Shown here: positions 54,501 to 64,000 of the stretch, piece by piece
Position numbering within the stretch: position 1 is the stretch's first letter
How the letters are laid out: each line of letters starts with the position of its first letter
Assembly (NCBI GenBank): GCA_965235115.1
Contig: OZ249437.1
Location: forward strand, 6,944,001 to 7,008,000
Origin: Laetmonice hystrix
Taxonomy: Eukaryota
DNA: 64,000 nucleotides
Reading direction: 5' to 3'
The notes under the pieces: model-generated
The model's input: only the letters and a program-made list of their open reading frames with translations
Databases searched by the model: none
What the model was told of the DNA's origin: nothing
Position numbers and translations under genes: made by a program

Positions 54501-57500
54501 CCTCCAAGACAGCCCGCCCAGGAGTTACATTCAGTCGGTGAAGCAATCTACAATATACTAGCACCTAGATATATCTACGTTTTTTTCCTGTCCATGCGAC
54601 TAAACATCTTGAACAGATACACTCCCATCCATTAGAAACAAGTGATAGTGGTAGTTGTTGATGGCACGTTTCTATCTCACTACATCCCAGATCATTGTCA
54701 TACGGTACAATAAGTAGATTTATTCAATGTTTTCCTAAACATAATGACCTAAGAAGGTGACACAATGTTTAGCCGTCACTCTAAAAATCGAACTCAAGAA
54801 TTCCATTAATTTAGTAAATGGCAAGAAAATCAGACTGACGTTTTGAAATACAATCCATTCAGACCATTTAAGTAAAACCCAAGTGATATATAGGCGTCGC
54901 GTCGATTACATATTGATTATATTATTTCAGTGCAGTTGTGCAAACTCTATACAATGACAAGTGTCACCTGTACAGAGTGCACCATGAAGAAGAATATCTG
55001 TTTTTAATCACTATGATTAAAAGTGCGCCGACTTGTCTGGATATTCTGCCTGTAAAACACCGTTTTTATTTTTAAACTATTGTCAGAACTCTTTTTCAAA
55101 GCTTCGTATATTTGCTTTATCAAAGGCCGGCCGTGTCACGATATGTCTATGTGGAGGTGCACGTCATGCAAGCACCCCCTCAATTTGCACAATTTTTTTT
55201 GGGTGCGCCCACAGCCCCCTCCCAATTTGCAGCCTACGACGTTGGTTATTTCCAGCACCCCCCTGGGTCCAGTTATTGGGTACGCCACTGACCCAATGGA
55301 TTTCACCAACTGAGTTACCTTGTTCTCGCCCTGAAATAGCTGAAATACTGCTGACTGGGCGTTAAACACCAACTACTCACTCACTCACTCACTCACTCCC
55401 CCAAAGCTTCATTCTACACTTGCATCATCGACGGACGCCTCACCCGTGATGTCTTGGAGGCGGCGACTCTCGGGGCAAGGAGACGCTATGCCCTGGGTGA
55501 CTGAAACCGAGGAGGCGCTATGCCCTGGGTGACTGAAACCGAGGAGGCGTTATGCCCTGGGTGACTGAAACCTGTGGCCTTGGGCCCGCCTCTAACCCGA
55601 TTGTTAAGTATTGTTAGCAAATATCCCCCCCCCCCCGTCCTCCCACTCAACCTTCCCCCTCCCGCACCCTGGCACTGTAGGTCCGCCCCTGTTTGCAAGG
55701 GAACAAAGGCCTTTCTTTGAAACCATATCTCCTCCACAGCGCGTGTTGTGGTGTCCTGGTCGGTGTTGAGTACTACACATATATCCAGTAGAGGGGGTGG
55801 GGGAGGGTTTGCTGAGCTGACGAGCACGCAATTTGCATTGTCTCTGTCCTATCCTTCACGATGCTGGCTGTGGCCTTGTGGCGGATTTCCCCCCGTCGTC
55901 GTAGATACACAGGTGCGCGCATGTGTCGGTCGGTTTTACGGTGGCATTCGAATCAAGGCTGGTCTCCTTCCCATCAAAACACCCCACATTGCCGCCGACG
56001 TCAGCCCCAGACCAGCCAGTGGCAACACAACCCGGCGTGCAGCTTCCCGACAGTCGATAGTTGCGCACCAAAGCACATGGTGGCTTTCTGGCTCCACCGG
56101 GACTCGCTTGGCCCAGCCCTTCAAAGCTTTGTGGAGAAACAGAGGACTTGAGAGACGATGGGAGGAGATGGGGGTGCATGGCAAATCGGGTTTGAGAGGA
56201 GGGGGTTTGTCAGGGTTCAGACCGTTACGAACTGCGTGTATCGAACGCTATCAAATACATGACTATAACTCAACACGTGTAAGTACTACAAGTGTTTCCC
56301 TAACGAATTACAACTTAATGTGTGCAGTAAGATCGACAATAGGCTTATATAACGGCACCTTGAATTGCAAGTATATACTTGAAGATATACAACGCAAGAG
56401 CAAACTGTGCCTGCATGCGTCCATGCGGGGTGGAGTCGCAAACCATTCGTATAACATGTGACAGGTCGGTTACAAGGTCGTGATGACTGAGTGACACGGG
56501 CAGTCAATGTCACAGCTATTGACTGATAGTTTGTGGGTTTCTTACTCCCACTCGCTTGTGACGTCCCACGGCCGTCAATAACGTTCGCTCCTTTTCGAGG
56601 TGAACTGGCTCCGTAAAAGATCATAAGATCTACCCTTTCACTACAGGGATCGGGTTGTGAACAAAATCTGCGGTATTGGTTTTCATCAGATCATGTTTTT
56701 ATCTTCATTGACTTGAAACCTCATCCATCTTACATGAACTGCACGGTAAACAGCCAAGCCGTATTAGCACCTAAACGGTACCTAATCTATACAAGGTCAT
56801 GAACTGAATAAACCGCGATCATTAAAAAAGACATTCGAGAGGGCGAAGATAAACTTGAAAGCCATGCATACACAGATATCTCTTCATCTGTATTTGCAAC
56901 TGTCATTCTCACAATGTACTTTTAGTAAGAGCACGCCACAATGTCGACTGAGGAATGAATCGAAGATCTAATGTTTCTTCCTCCGTAAAGATTATACGTA
57001 GTTGTCAATATCTTCCATGTCTTACAACGATGTTCCTTCTTTCTAAATTGTATTACCTCTCGCTCAGTCGGAAAGTGGAAGCAAAGACAATGACAGATCG
57101 CTCGTGGCTCCACGTAATGTGTGCAGCAGACGTTGTCTTTGATGGCGCCCCCAGCCCCTCTCTTCCTTCCCCGCTGATGCTTGTTGTTACACAAACCGTG
57201 TAAGCACCCTAATGTGCCCACGTATCAACGTATCGACCTTCGTTGTTAATCTGCTACCTTTTTCATCCTTTGGCCCTTATCTATGGCACTTAAGGATATA
57301 CTACTTACAGATATATGATTCGGTTTGTATCTTTCAAGGGACATTGTTGATGTTTCCTGTGATGAGAGAGACGAGAAAGGGTTTTTTTTCTAAGACTTGT
57401 ATTTGTTGCTGTTTCAGCCGTAGGATGCCCTGACTTTCTACCCGTGGCCGATGCTTGGATCCGCCGCAGTGAAAGTACAGCAGTAGTTGTCTGTAACAGT

Positions 57501-60500
57501 ACACGAGAGACTTGGCACTTCGTTTGTAGAGACAACTACTGGGTAGGGGAGCTTAGGAACTGCACTCAGGGTAAGTATCAAGAAGATGCACACATGAATC
57601 CATTAAAAGCAAAGTCTATATACACATACATGGTATCTGTGTAACTATAAGAGATTTGTGTGTGCAGCTGCTAAGTTGAAAGGAATAGACATATCGCTGT
57701 CGTTGTTTTTAAGCAGTATGTTCCCTCAAGCCAGACTGGAATCGATACCTACTTAGGTCTCAGTTTATATCTGTTCTGGCATTGCGCCTCTTCGTGTGGG
57801 ATTTCAAAAAGGATTACATGTAGGCTTCTCGTTATATTGAACCATGGCTACCTTAGGCATACACCCGGCGATATGGACCTGGTCGTCATAAAAATCATTT
57901 AGCCTGCAGATTTTCTCTGAAGCAGGGTGCGCAGTTAAGTGTTATTTTTTTCATGCTTACAGACCACAGTCTGTACTATTCCCCATTTTAGTCGTTCATT
58001 AACATTTCTGGCAATCGTTTCCACCAGAGGAGACCTGCGACAACAGCCAAGGGACATGTTGTGCAGTTATCAAGGATGTTAATAATATATTATTAGTACA
58101 CAGCCTGTATTGTTATCAGCGCATGTCATCAAGCCACGGTCGTCACCCCACCCCACCAATACCCACCCCACCCCCGCCTCCAGCCGGTACACGCCGTCAC
58201 TACACGCGGTGTCTGACAGATCAAAGATCAAACATCAATACACCTGCAGTCCGCAATAATACACAGAGACTAAATTTTAACCTGAGTTGAACTGATCTAT
58301 TATACAGCCGCTTTGGAAGACGATCAATTATTTAGAAAAAAAAGGGTCACGCCATATACTTGGATCTCTATCCATGGAGTCGTGCACGGAACCGTTGTCA
58401 ATGTCCACAATACTGGGAGAGGGGGGAGGGTCGTGGTTTCGATAGGGTGATGGGAATATGATCTCAGGAGATCACCGGGAGGAGCACTAGCGGGGTGTGC
58501 ATAGATTGCACAACCATTGTGTCCCGTCTATTGATTCCCAAGGTCGAGTCCATCTGGCAGAAGAGATAACATTATTACATTCACGATTTTATTGGGTTCC
58601 TCACGATTCTGTTGGCCCCTCCTGACGACCCAAATGAAAGAAAACTGTAATGCACTGACATAGCGCGTGTACAAATCGGCAGCATTGTGACCATCTGTCG
58701 GGTAAAAGTATTAGCGCGATGAAGAGTCCACCCTAACTCATTAATACACAAAACGATCTAACGAATCGCATTGACCAAACTCCATTCAGGAGAATGAACC
58801 TGCCCGCTTGGAACGAATTTTAGCAGTCTGTATTCTATTTAATTCATAAAAATGTCATCAAAGCGTTCGCATTACGTGTAAAAGGGTGTGTAGCGTAGGA
58901 AATCGCTTGCATCCAAGTACATCGGCAGTGGTATTCTTTGTATTTTTACAGTGTATCTCTTGTATTTTTTACAGTGCCTAAAGCGGACGTGATAACAGCG
59001 GCCGGAGGTATTCGATACACTTTACACTATGGTGAGCATGAGTAGGCCTGCTGTCCGGCACCAGTTTTACTTTGCGTTTAAATGTAATAGATTTCCATCA
59101 GTTTGCACGCCATTGGAGTGTTCATTGCCATTCAGTATAGAGGCGATTCAAAGTACCGTACTTTAAACCTAGAACGCATCGATATGGTTAAATTGTTTTT
59201 TAGCTTGCAAGTTGTGTAGTTAGAGAAAACAACTTGGCAGTGCATGACTTGTCTTTGGTGTGAAAGGACAGTTTTTAAAAATATAGCTCCTATAGACAGA
59301 AACACTTTTTTTAATATCGACTATTGGTAGATTTGATTACTTGCGATGAATACACCTTTAAATTACATTCTTCATCTAACACAATGCTTTATTAACGTCG
59401 GTGCCTGAGAGAATGTACTATCCTCACCGCGCTTCCCTACATTGCTGTTGAACACTTCCATGCCCACGTTTCCCGTTTGAAGTTGGTTAAAGCCTATTTA
59501 ACATGGATGGTGAATCGCAGTAATACCATTTGCCTTGATTCATTATGCCTGAGGAATTGCGACCGGTCAGTCTGTTTGGATGTATAACTCAAACTCACGC
59601 CGAATGTTCCAAGCATCAGCCGGGCTGTATGGGAAGATCTAAAGATCAAAGAATACTTATCGCAATCTCGCTTTGGCGCCCAACCAAAGCTTCGCGCTGC
59701 GTTGCGCTGCACTTAAGATTCACCCGAAGATCAAACGTATGGAAGAATATCCCCCCTTCTGGGGACGAAGACTAAGGGTGAATCATTAAACAACCACTTT
59801 GAGACATTTGCCATTTAATTTGTTGATTGGCCTTTTGCTAATCATATAGAACGCTGCGGCCTAAAAGGTTCCTTAGGACAATTTTCTCTACTTCCAGCTA
59901 CATACACGAACGAATTTTACTTGTTTTATTTTTCTTCGTTCTTCCCATATAGCGTGTTAATGTCGTATCTTAGGATATAGAATTACGTCGCTGGATTTAT
60001 TTTAATTTGAATAATTTGCTAAAGGCATATTTCTAGATATAATGGTTTCAATTAGATTGCCTGGAATTCGATGCATGCTCATCTGTATAATTTTAATTAG
60101 ACCCATCGAGAACGGGATCTATATAAGTCGTTTGGATGTACATGATGTGTGTCTGTCTGTGTGTCTAAAACAGTGAAGTGATCATGTTTACAGGTATCCT
60201 ACTGGCAGTGGCCCTGGGCCTCGTTCTGGGAATATTCTTCGGTGCCATACTTCTCGTGTGCATGTTCATCCACAGAGTTCGGTAAGCATGACGTGCCGGT
60301 TGCCAGAGGTTAGCAATCAAAGCGATATATTTTATGTCGTTTTCCTTCATACGGTTCCACGCATAGATCTACCAACACATGGCATACTAAGATATTTGTG
60401 GACACACAAGTGTCTGTTTCACTCCTTACGCTCTGTTCGAAATTTACCAGCCATTACGTTATGATGTCTCGTTGTTTGAATGACAAATATTCTTCATTCT

Positions 60501-61993
60501 GATCAGTGGAACTCTTCTCTATGCGAGGAGAAGATAGTGTAAATGACGTGCTAGAAAAACGTCGCTCATTAAAATGATTGCAGTGAATAGATCTATTAAA
60601 AAACACGTTGTGTGGAGAAATCTTCAATTACTTCCCTGACTGGTCGTGACCAGGTAGTCGGCAGAGTTTGTGTATATAATGAGGCAGCGCCATGCATGTC
60701 AATAACTATACAAGTGTGGCCATGGCTCTTCATGCTCCTCATTTATTTACTGTCATCATTTCTCCTGGCGATTCGTTTTGGAATACATGTAATTGGAGAT
60801 GTATATAGATTTGAAGTCTGGCAGATCTTGCAACATGCGAACATGCGAATTCTCATCTCCTTAAAACGACATCATTCTTGTATAGTCGTATTTCTTTTAC
60901 CTCAGATATAGGTATATACATCTGACAAGACTAAATAGCATGTTTCATTCTAAATGTTGTGCGAAATTTAATAATTATGAATAATTATTCGTGTTCGTTG
61001 GAAAACTCTGGAAGTGTATTTGGAGAGTGCGTGTTGTCTGAACGTGAATCCTTTGATCCGATGATATACCTCACTATTTCAGAAAAGAAAATGTCTGTAA
61101 GAAACATCCATTTATAAAAACGAGATGAAAGAGATAGGGCCACAATAGACACAGCAATCTACGTCATTCCTCTGGCACAAACAACATACATTTTATACAT
61201 ATATCCGATCAATTAGCTTGACTACCTACCTATAGTGCCGATTACGGCACGATATCGAACAGCGGTCGTGTAGAGGGCGAGGGGGGGCGCAAGTCATAAT
61301 AAATCTTAAATATCACACAAGTAGGTGTTCCGAATTCTGCCTACATAATAAATCTGATATATGTCGGTCTATTTAATGTGTATCAGGAAGCGGCATCGGA
61401 AGCGCCTGCGCCGCACGGACAGGGACCTTCTGCAGGGTGAATCGCTCGAAGACAAAGAGGCTGTGTCCATCCCCCTCCGCCACGGGGATCACTTTGATAG
61501 CAGCACGGGCGGCTACATGACGGACGACCCCAACAACGTCTGCAACCATACCATGCACTTCCAATTCCCTACAGAAGACTTGCCTTCCAACATCGAGGAC
61601 GGCCCGGATATCATTTACGCGTCACGCATGAACATCCGGTGTCAGAACAACTGTGTCGCCTGCCAAGGCCCCCAGGTTCTCGGTGTTTCGGGACTCGGGA
61701 TGGGAAGCCACCGCAGGAACCACGAGACAGTTTTAGCTAATACTACGACCCGGGTTGGTCAGGAGAATATATACGGTACGCGTAACGCACCTGCCAATAT
61801 CTACGGTACGAGAAACGCACCCGATAATATATATGGCACTCGGCGAAGCCAAGAGAATTTGCTGAATGGCGCGCCCACAAATAGGACTCTTTCTTCCAAT
61901 CAAACGAAGTCCAAGGACAATATCCAAGACCCAGGGAAGCGTATGCTGTACTCGACAGAAGGAATCGATCGGCAAGTAGTGACTACACTCTAG
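24432..61993 (+). CDS. Spliced gene for a 554-aa type I transmembrane receptor-like protein (SP - SUEL lectin-like - CUB-like - sushi-like - TM - Tyr-repeat/PDZ-motif tail); join(24432..24510,48274..48567,52783..53169,57418..57570,58975..59031,60194..60281,61387..61993)
   Basis: Exons were located manually and all introns are GT-AG. Intron phases run 1,1,1,1,1,2, and the joined frame is open over 1665 nt. Domain order is coherent. Exons 2-7 are well supported; attachment of exon 1 is less certain. Confidence 0.8.
24954..25137. other. Assembly gap (184 N)
   Basis: Run of N within intron 1. Confidence 1.
27795..28490. repeat. Minisatellite, 24-bp unit (tatcaatgaactatcgtccctgtg), about 29 copies
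   Basis: Direct inspection. Confidence 0.98.
29262..29750 (+). mobile_element. Non-autonomous Helentron-associated (HINE/DINE-1-like) element fragment
   Basis: TTTTTAGC start, then a (GTCC/GTAC)-type microsatellite, the palindrome atggccacagggcggccat, and tgaccttgagtgaccttga motifs. This layout is typical of HINEs. Confidence 0.6.
32060..32365 (+). repeat. About two diverged 130-150 bp tandem units resembling HINE internal repeats
   Basis: Repeated ttgtaaatggttgaa...ataggaagtcatata...caccattactt...tgacgtcatcaggaga...agggctataac. Confidence 0.65.
32571..33358. repeat. Minisatellite, 71-bp unit, 11 copies
   Basis: Unit acaccttaccctgatagtgatggtgggttggtggtttcaagtcatgccggtaacggttgggtatcttcaga; period checked at 32651/32722. 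Confidence 0.98.
34895..35625. repeat. Minisatellite, 19-bp unit (ccaccacagg[c/t]tctctctg), about 38 copies
   Basis: Direct inspection. Explains the 127-327 aa ORFs here. Confidence 0.98.
35885..36015 (+). mobile_element. Degenerate Deu/Nin-like SINE core
   Basis: cccagtg...gttatcaaaggtc...aagaacttgccatttatcgacaagag parallels 36392-36490. Confidence 0.5.
36300..36633 (+). mobile_element. tRNA-derived SINE with Deu/Nin-like central domain and (ACTC)n tail
   Basis: A-box-like gtggtcgagtgtct. Core taaaggaaccattgccattttcgaaaagagcaggggattgcctcccggtgg resembles the Deu-domain consensus as I recall it. Tail tcactcactcactc. Confidence 0.7.
36640..36850 (+). mobile_element. tRNA-derived SINE (family shared with 1-130)
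   Basis: A-box-like ggtggcgttggtccagttag, B-box ggattcgattcc (36707-36718), body similar to 1-130. Confidence 0.7.
39272..39337. mobile_element. 66-bp Tc1/mariner-type mini-MITE, probable relative of 51250-51628
   Basis: TA|CAGGGTGTCGCAAAATAATC ... GATTTTTTTAGACACTCAG|TA. Confidence 0.5.
41148..41280 (-). mobile_element. Degenerate tRNA-derived SINE (V-domain-like core)
   Basis: ggaaaccggagtacccgaaaaacc is the reverse complement of the conserved GGTTTTC..GGGTACTCCGGTTTCC SINE motif. Degenerate tRNA head adjacent. Confidence 0.55.
46916..47062. repeat. 50-bp tandem repeat, 3 copies
   Basis: tatatttggtaacgtagattgttcttaccgaatcatctccttgctgcttg at 46916, 46966 and 47016. Confidence 0.97.
47885..47985 (-). 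mobile_element. Deu/Nin-like SINE core on the minus strand
   Basis: aagaaacctgccaccgggaggcaatccctactcttttc is nearly the reverse complement of 36480-36525. Confidence 0.7.
48274..48567 (+). CDS. Exon 2: SUEL / galactose-binding-lectin-like domain
   Basis: Acceptor ttcattgacag|ATTTAG and donor CCAG|gtaggt; 294 nt, phase 1-1. Eight Cys plus the hallmark motifs ARYGRM, CSGRQSC, PC and YLEASYTC. N-glycosylation sequon NAT. Confidence 0.92.
51250..51628. mobile_element. 379-bp Tc1/mariner-type MITE with TA target-site duplication
   Basis: TA|CAGGGTGTCTCAGAAAAAAAGAAATC ... GATTTCGTTTTATTTCTGAGACGTCCTG|TA; about 27-bp TIRs, no transposase. Confidence 0.8.
52247..52430. repeat. Diverged tandem duplication, about 120-bp period
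   Basis: ccagtctc...caaattaaa...aaatgtatccatgac..cg.taaaaa occurs twice. Confidence 0.75.
52783..53169 (+). CDS. Exon 3: CUB-like domain
   Basis: Acceptor ctcttgtttcag|TGG and donor CGAG|gtgagt; 387 nt, phase 1-1. Motifs SGYL, CPWYIHIQPGQRLVWTLYDF and FLLNF, four Cys. Confidence 0.9.
53710..53914 (-). mobile_element. tRNA-derived SINE (V-domain-like core)
   Basis: Minus strand reads ggggcgcaatggctcagcttgtaa (A box), gcatcaaatccc (B-box-like), then ttttaccggttactccggtttctcc. Confidence 0.7.
53935..54060 (+). mobile_element. Degenerate Deu/Nin-like SINE core
   Basis: ctgtctatgtg...taaaggatccttgccactt...cgggtttc. Confidence 0.45.
54192..54260. repeat. (CCA)n/(CCG) trinucleotide tract
   Basis: Direct inspection. 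Confidence 0.9.
54393..54515. mobile_element. About 120-bp palindromic MITE-like element
   Basis: Outer arms gggttcctggtggagcttg / caagctcctccaagacagccc. Inner arms ttta(ta)ctgctcaagct / agcttgagcagtaaa. Confidence 0.5.
55330..55397 (+). mobile_element. SINE 3' end with (ACTC)n tail
   Basis: ctgaaatagctgaaatactgctgactgggcgttaaacaccaactactcactcactc; a Nin-like fragment lies upstream at about 55115-55150. Confidence 0.6.
55484..55572. repeat. 32-bp tandem repeat, about 3 copies
   Basis: cgctatgccctgggtgactgaaaccgaggagg at 55484, 55516 and 55548. Confidence 0.95.
57418..57570 (+). CDS. Exon 4: short four-Cys sushi/CCP-like domain (AVGCPDFLPVADAWIRRSESTAVVVCNSTRETWHFVCRDNYWVGELRNCTQG)
   Basis: Acceptor ttgctgtttcag|CCG and donor CAGG|gtaagt; 153 nt, phase 1-1. 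Pattern C..C..C..W..C, sequons NST and NCT. Confidence 0.88.
58975..59031 (+). CDS. Exon 5: 57-nt stalk exon (VPKADVITAAGGIRYTLHYG)
   Basis: Acceptor tgtattttttacag|TGC and donor CTATG|gtgagc; phase 1-1, open frame joining exon 4 to the TM exon. Confidence 0.75.
60194..60281 (+). CDS. Exon 6: transmembrane helix (GILLAVALGLVLGIFFGAILLVCMFIHRVR)
   Basis: Acceptor atgtttacag|GTA and donor TTCG|gtaagc; 88 nt, phase 1-2. About 25 hydrophobic residues followed by basic residues. Not shown in the ORF track in this frame. Confidence 0.88.
61387..61993 (+). CDS. Exon 7: cytoplasmic tail to stop codon
   Basis: Acceptor gtgtatcag|GAAG, phase 2, joining to give the polybasic stop-transfer RKRHRKRLRR. 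Frame is that of ORF 61361..61993. Contains 3x NIYGTR and ends QVVTTL-stop. Confidence 0.88.
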
Positions 61994-62204
61994 TTCATGG
62001 TCACCCGGATGTATACCGAAGGTTTGCACCACTATGTCGTCCATTATGCTACATATTGTGATTTCGTTCATTATTAAATCGGAGGATTTTCTTTTCAATC
62101 GGCCCTTCACAGACCCGTGAACAAAACATGCCATGGACAGACTTATGAGTGCTTTAAAAGACGACCGGTTGATCACGTACCAATCCTCCTGTTATTATTG
62201 CAGC

Positions 62205-62580
62205 TGTGATTGGTGCAACAGACCAAATGATGATTGGTACCGTAAAAGTAATTGGACCAAGGGATCAATTGATGATTGGTTTCAGAATAGTTGTTGTACC
62301 AAGATAGCGTGATGATTGATCCCGTAAACATAACTGGACCATGGGGCCAATATTATTGACGATTGGGCTCATATTGATCTAAGATACCAATGAGTGATCA
62401 GTTACAACCAAGTGACCAATCGATGGCTGGTCTTGTACAAGTTTTTGGCCCAAGAGACCAACCGATGTGTGTACAGATTATTGGACAAAGACATCAATTG
62501 AGGATTGGTCTCGTGCAACTTATTGGACCATAGGCCAACTGATGATTGGTCCTGTTCAAGAGATTGACTGATGATCCCGT
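62205..62580. repeat. Degenerate 40-45 bp tandem repeat rich in ATTGG/CCAAT, downstream of the stop codon
   Basis: Recurring ttattggaccaaggga(t/c)caattgatgattggtc-like units. Confidence 0.65.
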
Positions 62581-62648
62581 TTCAGAGAACCTCAGGTGCT
62601 GGGGGACGGGATGCGCCGAATGTAGTGTCCTGCCTTATGGATCTTTAA

Positions 62649-63496
62649 AGGGGCCGACCACTTAACTTCAATTAGGGGGAGAGACGAAATTTGTGGAACA
62701 TTTTTTTGACTTTCATTCTGTGTGCTAGAACCACTGACAGGTCGATCTTCTTCGAGCCTGTTATTTCAAAAGATATACAAAGAAAGTAATGAAATCGAAA
62801 TACATATGTTCAGTCCAAAGTTATAGTCGATGTCTTGTATGCCAACCATTTAAATTTAGCTTGACAAAACGGACAGCAGTACAGCAAAACGACGTAACAA
62901 ATATTGCTCATTTTCGAACGCGTCTGAGATCATATTGATGTGAGCCCAGAGTTTGAGTTTCGCTAAAAATCTTTTAGATTTGTTTCAGTTACCACGCCGA
63001 CAATGACATTAGAGCTCGATCAATCAGGTGCCAGGAGCCTCTACTGATATTCATGCATTTCCCTCATTATTGAAACGTAAAAGACAATGTCCATTTAGGA
63101 AAGTCCACATTACAAGTTTTGTCATAATCTATTAATTCTAAGATTTGAGAATTGCGCAGAAACAAAATAACACATTTTGCATGCAGTCGGAAGGATGGAA
63201 ATAATTCTAAATTCTAATAGTCAGAAGTAGGACAGGCAGAAAATAATCTTATTGAACAATTCTAGTAAAAAAAACAAATTTCTTATTTTTGCTTGACACC
63301 TGTTTTTAATGTCCTTTATTCTTTAGGGGTCTTCTGCATCTCGGCATCTATCCAATGGCACCTAGGAGCCGAATTATTATTTTTCATTCATGGAACAAAC
63401 CTTGCCAGATTATTTTTTATTCAAGAAATCGGATCCGGAAATTTGTTTCATTAAATCTTCCTCCCTCCCCCCATTAAAGTTAACTTGTCGGCCCCT
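62649..63496. mobile_element. 848-bp non-autonomous DNA transposon with about 35-bp TIRs (Kolobok-like, tentative)
   Basis: Left TTAA|AGGGGCCGACCACTTAACTTCAATTAGGGGGAG; right end reverse-complements to AGGGGCCGACAAGTTAACTTTAATGGGGGGAG. The right flank is not a clean TTAA. AT-rich interior with no ORF. Confidence 0.65.
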
Positions 63497-64000
63497 AATC
63501 TTTAATGGGAGTAGTACCTCACTGTGACGTAATGTATTAAGTATACCGCTATTATACTATACATATCGCTGTCTATAAATGTCGTTCTTTTATACATATA
63601 TTGTATATACATGTGTATATACAAAGATTATAATGTACCTGTATATATTATTTCGGTAGTAAACCAGGAATGCGATGTGTTAGCTATATGATTCATGGGA
63701 AAAATATTATCGGGAGATACGATAGAATATACAAACGATTATATTGCCAAAGTTCAGGTTTGTATTGAGTAGGGGCATACATGTTACATTGAGTTGGGTT
63801 TCGGTCACACATCGTTTAGAGACTGTTATAAATGAGTGTTACAAGACATCATGTCAAAACTGTTCTATTCTACTTAATTTGGAGCTTCAGTCTGGGCAAT
63901 ACGATGATACACATTGCATTCGGAGTGATACACATACATACACACCCACAGATACAATTGTCGCATCTGTCTAGATGATAAACGTATGTATATATAGGGC

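Overview
Eukaryotic, intron-rich genomic DNA, most likely from a marine invertebrate. A lophotrochozoan is suggested by the SINE types, the HINE-like element and the protein family; this is inference only. No prokaryotic features, CRISPR arrays, rRNA or tRNA genes are supported. I can reconstruct one + strand protein-coding gene with 7 coding exons (24432-24510, 48274-48567, 52783-53169, 57418-57570, 58975-59031, 60194-60281, 61387-61993). These total 1665 nt (554 aa plus stop), with all intron phases compatible. The product is a type I membrane protein: signal peptide, 8-Cys SUEL/galactose-binding-lectin-like domain, CUB-like domain, sushi/CCP-like domain, stalk, TM helix, and a cytoplasmic tail with three NIYGTR tyrosine repeats and a class I PDZ-type C-terminus. 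The link from exon 1 to the rest is the least certain part, because it spans a 23.8 kb intron containing an N gap. The rest of the window holds about 10 minisatellite arrays, tRNA-derived SINEs (some with a Deu/Nin-like core), TA- and TTAA-flanked MITEs, a HINE-like element and microsatellites. The most unusual non-coding structure is a pair of oppositely oriented 47-bp arrays (19041-20800). They share a 34-bp core but carry different 13-bp cassettes, one kappaB-like and one a perfect Grainyhead-type palindrome. Nearly all other ORFs in the supplied track are repeat artefacts or chance ORFs.
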